Position numbers and translations under genes: made by a program | Notes under the pieces: model-generated | Seen by the model: the letters and a program-made list of their open reading frames with translations, nothing else | Told to the model about the DNA's origin: nothing | Database searches by the model: none | Shown: positions 50,805 through 57,815 of the stretch, one piece after another | How the letters are laid out: each line of letters begins with the position of its first letter | Position numbering within the stretch: position 1 is the first letter of the stretch | Assembly (NCBI RefSeq): GCF_004010195.1 | Contig: NC_057755.1 | Span: 7,808,769 to 7,866,583 of the forward strand | DNA length: 57,815 nucleotides | Reading direction: 5' to 3' | Origin: Chiloscyllium plagiosum | Taxonomy: Eukaryota

Positions 50805-51598
50805 AAAGGCAGAGAGCCTGAAGCGTGGAGAGATAAGCTAGAGGAGGGTGGGGATAGAGTAGCATAGAGTACAATAGGTCAGTGGGGGAGGAGATGAAGG
50901 TGATAGGTCAGGGAGGAGAGGGTGGAGTGGATAGGTGGAAAAGGAGCTGGGCAGGTCGGACAAGTCCGGACAGGTCAGGGGATCGAGTTTCTGGAGGTTA
51001 GAAGCTAGGATGAGGTGGGGGAAGGGGAAATGAGGAAACTGTTGAANNNNNNNNNNNNNNNNNNNNNNNNNNNNNNNNNNNNNNNNNNNNNNNNNNNNNN
51101 NNNNNNNNNNNNNNNNNNNNNNNNNNNNNNNNNNNNNNNNNNNNNNNNNNNNNNNNNNNNNNNNNNNNNNNNNNNNNNNNNNNNNNNNNNNNNNNNNNNN
51201 NNNNNNNNNNNNNNNNNNNNNNNNNNNNNNNNNNNNNNNNNNNNNNNNNNNNNNNNNNNNNNNNNNNNNNNNNNNNNNNNNNNNNNNNNNNNNNNNNNNN
51301 NNNNNNNNNNNNNNNNNNNNNNGAGAGGGGTGGGGAGGGAAATATATCCCTGGTGGTGGGGTCTGTTTGGAGGTGGCAGAAATGTCGGCGGATGATTTGG
51401 TTTATGCGTAGGTTGGTAAGTATACTCCTGAGCATGTTTACTGGTGACTGATTTTACTTCCCCACCCCCCTTCCTCACTAAGTGTTGTATTCAGATCCAT
51501 GTGATTGTGTTGAATCCTCGCTGTACATATGCAATTCCTGCACTGGGAACACTGAGGACCTCCCTCAGTTGTTTTGCTGAGTCATTAAGAGAACACAT

Positions 51599-52455
51599 TT
51601 ACGAGACCACTTGTTGCACTGCATTCCTGAATTTCGCTCTGAACTTGGACAGTGTTACTGCATAAAATAATGTGTTCGTACTGCAGCTGAAATCCTTGAG
51701 TACGTATCCAATTTGTTCATAAGCACCAATAGTTGTTCTATTAATGACATAGTATAAGAAACTTGTACCGTACAGTAACCACAGAAGTATGAAGCTGATG
51801 GATATGGTGAAGAGGGAAATCACTGACTTCTTTCGGTTTTCCATCTCTGGGTCTTTGTGAGTCTCTCCATTGCTCTGACCCTTCAGAGTTTTGCGGACTC
51901 GACTAGCCACTAAAATGTGCCTGACTGTCAGAGTGTTCATCAACAGAATTAACACGAATGGGACGAAAGGTGTTAAAATGTTATCAAACCAGTTATATCC
52001 CTGCCACTTGGGATCAGTAAAAAAACTTGACTTTGTTCGGCAGCCCCACGGAACATTGCCAATTATCCTCTCAGGTTGAAACCGAAAATAGAAGGGAATG
52101 TTTACTGAACAGAACAGAATGCTAATTGTAGCTAGAGTCAGAGCCAAGGTTTTCTCTGTCCAATATTTTCTCTTCAGTTTCTGGCAGCAAATGACCACAA
52201 AACGATCAAAGGAGAAAAGGACAGTGAACCAGACGGAGCAGTCTGTGGTTGCATGAATCAGAACAAAGACAGCACTGCACACAGGGGTGAGGTCCAGGAA
52301 ATTTCTTGGGAAGTAATAATTATTGAGTTGCCACAGTATGACGTTCACGAGAATGAACAGTAGATCCGCCATTGCCATGAACACCAGGCATCGCGTTGTG
52401 CAATTAGAGAGGCCACACTTTCCACGTGCGAGAACCAAAATCACGACTGAATTAA
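51599..52455 (-). CDS. GPR139/GPR142-like orphan class A GPCR, gene B, exon 2
   Basis: Acceptor ccttctatctattacag|TT AAT TCA; frame (V)NSVVILVLARGKCGLSNCTTRCLVFMAMADLL...FSFDRFVVICC...SCSTNTLFY...QQVVS*. 857 nt = 2 nt + 285 codons. The N-terminal 63 aa of ORF 51599..52645 are intron read-through. Confidence 0.92.
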
Positions 52456-53324
52456 CTGTAATAGATAGAAGGTAAAAGGAAAATTGGAAATTGTTGATAA
52501 AACGTTCTCTGCGTCTGTCCAGATAGCAATGGATGTTCTTCGTACTGAAATGCCTTAGTTGGGATGGGTCTGAGGTCAAATCTAAAAATGACAGTATAAA
52601 CTTGTGTGTGTGTTTTTGGAGGGGCAGCGAATTGACGGACAACAAGGCTGCATAATTTTCAGGTGAAAGTCCTGAGCATTAGAGGGTATTTTAAGATAAA
52701 GCTTTCACTGAAGAATAGTGGGTTGCTCGAATGCACTGCTTGGGAGCATAGTGAAGAAGGAGACCTAAAAACTTTAACCAGTCCTTCGGTGAGCATTCAG
52801 GATCACTTTTCAGGACATCTTCAACTGAAGAAGTTTCGCTGGACTCAAGACGTTAACTATGCATTCTCCCCACAGATGCCACCATAGCAGCAAGCTTTCT
52901 TCGGTAATTTATGCTTTTCTTTGAAATGTTTCATTAAGGCTGCAAATTGTTGTCTTATCCTGCTTTTTAAGATTATGGTTGACTGCCTAAGATTCAAGAA
53001 TTCGGAGAAGATGTAGTCGATTTAGCCCTTTGAACTTGTACTACCATTGAAATTGTGGTGGCAGATTCTCAACAGAAATGCTTACTTTCTGTCCATTCCC
53101 CTTTGTGCCTTTAAGATCACAAATCACATCTGTCTCACACCCAAAAAACAAACTCAAAGTTTGAGGGAGAAAGATGGAATGTTGGAGACTGGAAGCATTA
53201 TCTCTTCCTCCATCACATGACCATCAGGGTCTGGATCAACTTGAGGATCATGACACTGGAGTTGCATCCCAAGACTCGGTGTTTGAAAGCTGTCTGTTTC
53301 CTGCACTCTAACCATCCGCTTATG

Positions 53325-53963
53325 ATTAGATTAGATTACCTACAGTGTGGAAACAGGCCCTTCGGCCCAATAAGTCCACACCGACCCTCCGCAGAGCAAC
53401 CCACCCTGACCCATTCCCCTACATTTACCCCTTCACCTAACACTACGGGCAATTTAGTATGGCCAATTCACCTAACCTGCACATTTTTGGACTGTGGGAG
53501 GATACCGGAGCAAACCGGGCAGCACGGTGGCACAGTCGTTAGCACTGCTGCCTCACAGCGCCAGAGACCTGGGTTCAATTCCCGACTCAGGCGACTGACT
53601 GTGTGGAGTTTGCACATTCTCCCCGTGTCTGCGTGGGTTTCCTCCGGGTGCTCCGGTTTCCTCCCACAGTCCAAAGATGTGCACGTCAGGTGAATTGACC
53701 ATGCTAAATTGCCTGTAGTGTTGGGTAAATGTAGGGGTATGGATGGGTTACGCTTCGGCGGGTCGATGTGGACTTGCTGGGCCGAAGGGCCTGTTTCCAC
53801 ACTGTAAGTAATCTAATCAAATCTAATCTAATCTAATCAAACCCACGCAGACACGGGGAGAAATGTGCAAACTCCACACAGACAGTTGCCTGAGGTGGGG
53901 AATTGAACCCGGGTCTCTGATGCTGTGAGACAGCAGTGCTAACCACAGTGCCACCGTGCCACC
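53325..53963. mobile_element. Minus-strand HE1 SINE with a nested plus-strand HE1 (53517-53837)
   Basis: TSD caaacc at 53511-53516 and 53838-53843; the host SINE resumes with acccacgcagacac. Confidence 0.9.
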
Positions 53964-54099
53964 CAAGCTTTTTTGTCAGGAGATCATTTTCTCGTCAGCA
54001 ATGTCTCACATAGCACTTTGCAAATGTGTTCTGGAACTACAGAGTCTATATGCAAAAATGTCGTTGCAAATACAAATAGGAGTGCCCCTAATTTGAATT

Positions 54100-54840
54100 C
54101 AGAGTCATACAGAACAGAAAGAGACCCTTGTCTGCAACTCATCCATGCCGACAAGATATCCTAAATTATTCAAGACCTATTTGCCTGCATTTGAACCACA
54201 TCCTATTCATGTACCCATATAGATGTCTTTTCAATATTTTAAGTGTACCAGCCTCCACTAATTCCTCTGTCAGCTCATTTCATAAACCCATCACCCTCTG
54301 CACAGAAATGTTGCTTTTAAATCTTTACCCTATCAACTTAAGCCGATGTAATGGGGGAAAAGAAACATCGGCTTGTCCCCATGTCCGTGCTCCTCATGAA
54401 TTTGTAAACCTCTGTTAGGTTACCCCTCTTCCTCTAATGCTTCAGTAATGAACTGTACAATTGCAACATGACGTCCCAAATCCTGTACTTAATTCACTGC
54501 GAATGAAGTCTAGTTTGCTAAACATCGTCTTTAACATTCCGTCTGCCTGCAACTCACCTCTCTCTGTTCGACAAAACTCCCCAAGGCCCGACCATTCTAT
54601 GTATCAATCCTGCCCTGCTTTGCCTGACCAAAGTGCAACGTCCTGTATTTATCTAAATTAAACTCTGTCTGCGCATTCTATGTCCATTGGCCAGGTGATC
54701 AAGGTGCTGCTCTCCTCTAATGTAACCTTTTGATGTATCCAATCACTTATTCTGATGTCATCTGCAAATTTGCTAAAAGATCACTACTATATTGGCATTC
54801 AAACATTTACATAAATGATGAAAAGGTAATGGAACCAACA
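54100..54840 (-). mobile_element. Old CR1 3' fragment
   Basis: Reverse tail gagtcatacag...agaccct and tcatctgcaaattt (KFADD). Confidence 0.75.
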
Positions 54841-54999
54841 CGCGGCATACTGCTGTTTGATAAGTTTGAAACACAACTGTTTAAATAGTGGTGTGCATTG
54901 AATTCTACATCCCTAAAGTTGTGAAATGTCTCAGCAGAGTGCAAAATTCCCTCGACATCGGAAAGGAGGGAGACAGAATCCAATACATTACAATACAGT

Positions 55000-55225
55000 A
55001 AGTACTACATGCATTTGGAAACTAGAGCAGACCGTTGTACTCCTCTCTGGTAACAAAGAGATGGCTGGTGGTGGTGCAATCTGAATGTCTTGTCCCTCAG
55101 CCAATGACAGAGATTGAGAAGTAGAATCCATCAATGGTAACCTCAACCCGTGCAAGAATTGGACGCACACTGTTAGCATCACGCTGTATTGCAAAGTAGC
55201 TATCCAGCCAATTGAGCTAACCGAC
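55000..55225 (-). mobile_element. tRNA-derived SINE (same family as 5955-6910)
   Basis: Minus-strand head ggttagctcaattggctggata...gatgctaacagtgtg. Confidence 0.65.
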
Positions 55226-55937
55226 GGCAGAACACCACAGTGCACATTTAAATGAAAATAATAACCGCAAGTTGGTCAGAAGGGTGATTTTCGAAAGATT
55301 CCTTGGAAAAGAATGGATGCAAATGCGATTCTTGCATTTGGGAGCTCAGAGGGACAGATTACAAATATGTAAAATAGCGTTAACAGGGCAACAAAGCCTC
55401 TTTCAGACTGGCGTTCATTTCCAGAAGGGACTTGAAATATAAAGAGTTAAGATTCATCTACGATGGGAGCATGCTTAGTTTACCTGATCGATTTCTAGTA
55501 AACATAGCACATCAGCATGACTTGATGCACTGGACAATATATAATTATACGATGGAGAAAGATTACTGAACTGACAAAGATTTGTTTAATCATTAAGGGC
55601 ACATGCCACTATCTAAACTCTCTCTGTTAACATAATGATTAACTTCAGAGACACAGAGAAGCACGCCGGTTAATTACTTAAAAACCAGAACGAAACTCAC
55701 CCTAAAGGTTATAGCACTTACTGCATAAAATTTCCATGAATTATCCAGTGGGAAATTGAATTGGTAAGCATTTTCTGCTGAGTCAGCGATGCTGGGAACC
55801 TGTGACCTCAATCTAAATCACTGATTGTCTTCCCCTGTATGACGGTTGTCACAGCACGTACCACTGTCAATGGGAGAGTGAAATTGTGGACGAACCTCAA
55901 ACAGATTCACATAAATTCAGTGGTGGAAGGCACTTAC

Positions 55938-56004
55938 CAGGAATTGTTATAATTGGAATGATCACGTAACATATTTTCCGTGCCTGATGAATTAACTGAT
56001 ACAT
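55938..56004 (-). CDS. GPCR gene B, coding exon 1 (MYQLIHQARKICYVIIPIITIP + G)
   Basis: ATG at 56004, 67 nt (22 codons + 1), donor CCTG|gtaagt, phase matches the acceptor at 52455; flanks align with the gene A exon 1 region. Confidence 0.88.
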
Positions 56005-56520
56005 TTTCTGCACGAATCTCTTTGTGCAGATAATCTCTCTGCACTAAATTCTGAGGCAATATTTTCTCAAATCATTTCGTTTATACCTGATGGTGTCACC
56101 AGGGGAACAGTCACGTTACTACACGACTCAATTATATTATTTAAGAATTTGAGCAAACAAGTGACGATAGTGAATTAACCCCAAGTTGTGACAGAACATT
56201 TTTTTCAAGTTGAGGTTTACTGGAGGATGCAAATCTCAATCGGTCAATATCAAATATTGGAAAATGTGGCTCTGATACACAAACACTGACTGTCGCACCT
56301 TGAAATCTCCTTTGAATTCAATGGCATCCTTCCCTTGATTTTGACTAGTTAGCAATCAAATTCCGGTACTTAACTGTTCTCCTCAACGCTGGGATGTGCC
56401 TTCCCTGTCTAACAGCAGTTGTTCAGTGAAGAGATAATTGTTTCTTAATGAAGATGATACATTGTAGGTGTCAACAAATTCAACATTGCAATAGAATGCC
56501 TCGCAGTGCACGATAGCACC
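56005..56520 (-). promoter_or_regulatory. 5' UTR and TATA promoter of GPCR gene B (TATAAA at 56085-56080)
   Basis: aggTATAAAc at the equivalent position; shared words with gene A such as gaatctctttgtgcag, aactgttctcctcaac, ttccctgtctaac, aacaaattcaacat. Confidence 0.65.
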
Positions 56521-56825
56521 TCAAACCACTATAACTTCACAAATGAAAACAAAACTTTAAACAAGTCAAATAACTCATTGGAAGATATCCTTTACGGTGA
56601 CATATCAGCTGAACACGGGGCTGCAGGGATAGTGTAAGAGCGAATGTTTCAGGTACTTTGATAATTGGAGGTCATTCTGGGGAATGTGGAACCTTTACAA
56701 ACAGGACGGTCTTCACTTGAACCTAGAGAGTAGGGACTTGAATCTGATATCGCAGATTGGAAATTTGCTGGTCCTATTCGTGTGGCTTTAAACTAGCTCA
56801 GCAGAGGAATGGGAACCTGAGGTGT

Positions 56826-57815
56826 ACATAGAACATAGAACAATACAGCACAGAACAGGCCCTTCGGCCCACGATGTTGTGCCGAACATTTGTCCTAGCT
56901 TAAGCACCCATCCATGTACCTATCCAATTGCCACTTAAAGGTCACCAAAGATTCTGACTCAACCACTCCCACAGGCAGCGCATTCCATGCCCCCACCACT
57001 CTCTAGGTAAAGAACCCACCCCTGACATCTCCCCAAACCCTTCCACCCTTCACCTTAAATTTATGTCCCCTTGTAACACTCTGTTGTACCCAGGGAAAAA
57101 GTTTCTGACTGTCTACTCTATCTATTCCTCTGATCATCTTAGAAACCTTTATCAAGTCACCCCTCATCCTTCGCCGTTCCAACGAGAAAAGGCCGAGAAC
57201 TCTCAACCTATCCTCGTACGACTCCCTCTCCATTCCAGGCAACATCCTGGTAAATCTTCTCTGCACCCTCTCCAAAGATTCCACATCTTTCCTAAAGTGA
57301 GGCGACCAGAACTGCACACAGTACTCCAACTGTGGCCTAACCAAAGTCCTGTACAGCTGCAACATCACTTCACAACTCTTGAATTCAATCCCTCTGCTAA
57401 TGAACGATAATACTCCATAGGCCTTCTTACAAACTCTATCCACCTGAGTGGCAACCTTCAAAGATCTATGTACATAGACCCCAAGATCCCTCTGTTCCTC
57501 CACCTGACTAAGAACCCTACCATTAACCCTGAATTCCGCATTCTTATTTGTTCTTCCAAAATGGACAACCTCACACGTGGCAGGGTTGAACTCCATCTGC
57601 CACTCCTCAGCCCAGCTCTGCATCATATCTAAGTCCCTCTGCAGCCGACAACAGCCCTCCTCACTGTCCACAACTCCACCTATCTTCGTATCATCTGCAA
57701 ATTTACTGACCCACCCTTCGACTCCCTCATCTAAGTCATTAATAAAAATTACAAACAGCAGAGGACCCAGAACTGATCCCTGCGGAACTCCACATGTAAC
57801 TGGGCTCCAGGCTGA
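56826..57815 (-). mobile_element. Young CR1/HER1 LINE 3' part, running off the window; adjacent to an old CR1 ORF1 fragment (about 56640-56822)
   Basis: Long open frame QGSVLGPLLF...KFADDTK...LEYCVQFWSP; (catagaa)n tail. Confidence 0.95.

Noticed and set aside
52456..52645. N-terminal extension of the 348-aa ORF as part of the GPCR
   Set aside because: It runs through the polypyrimidine tract and acceptor; the true start is exon 1 at 56004.

Overview
Repeat-dense vertebrate genomic DNA, almost certainly from a shark or other elasmobranch (HE1-type V-SINEs, HER1/CR1 LINEs, Penelope elements), with three assembly gaps. The host-gene content I can support is: (i) two intact, tandemly duplicated, two-exon rhodopsin-class GPCR genes of the GPR139/GPR142-like type on the minus strand (gene A: 28085-28031 + 19553-18688, 306 aa; gene B: 56004-55938 + 52455-51599, 307 aa), whose short first exons and TATA promoters the ORF track misses; (ii) a frameshifted stefin (cystatin A/B-like) pseudogene between them (exons 1 and 2 found, exon 3 not found). 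The two GPCRs sit in an old tandem segmental duplication whose copies were then expanded independently by transposons. Everything else is CR1, Rex1, Penelope, Gmr1-like gypsy and solo-LTR debris, SINEs and minisatellites. Notable items: the diversifying GPCR pair with non-canonical TM6/TM7 motifs, many Penelope-borne minimal hammerhead ribozyme cores (one in sense orientation in the likely 3' UTR of gene B), and a speculative decayed Ig/TCR V-like segment. Family names come from motif recognition only; no database search was run.
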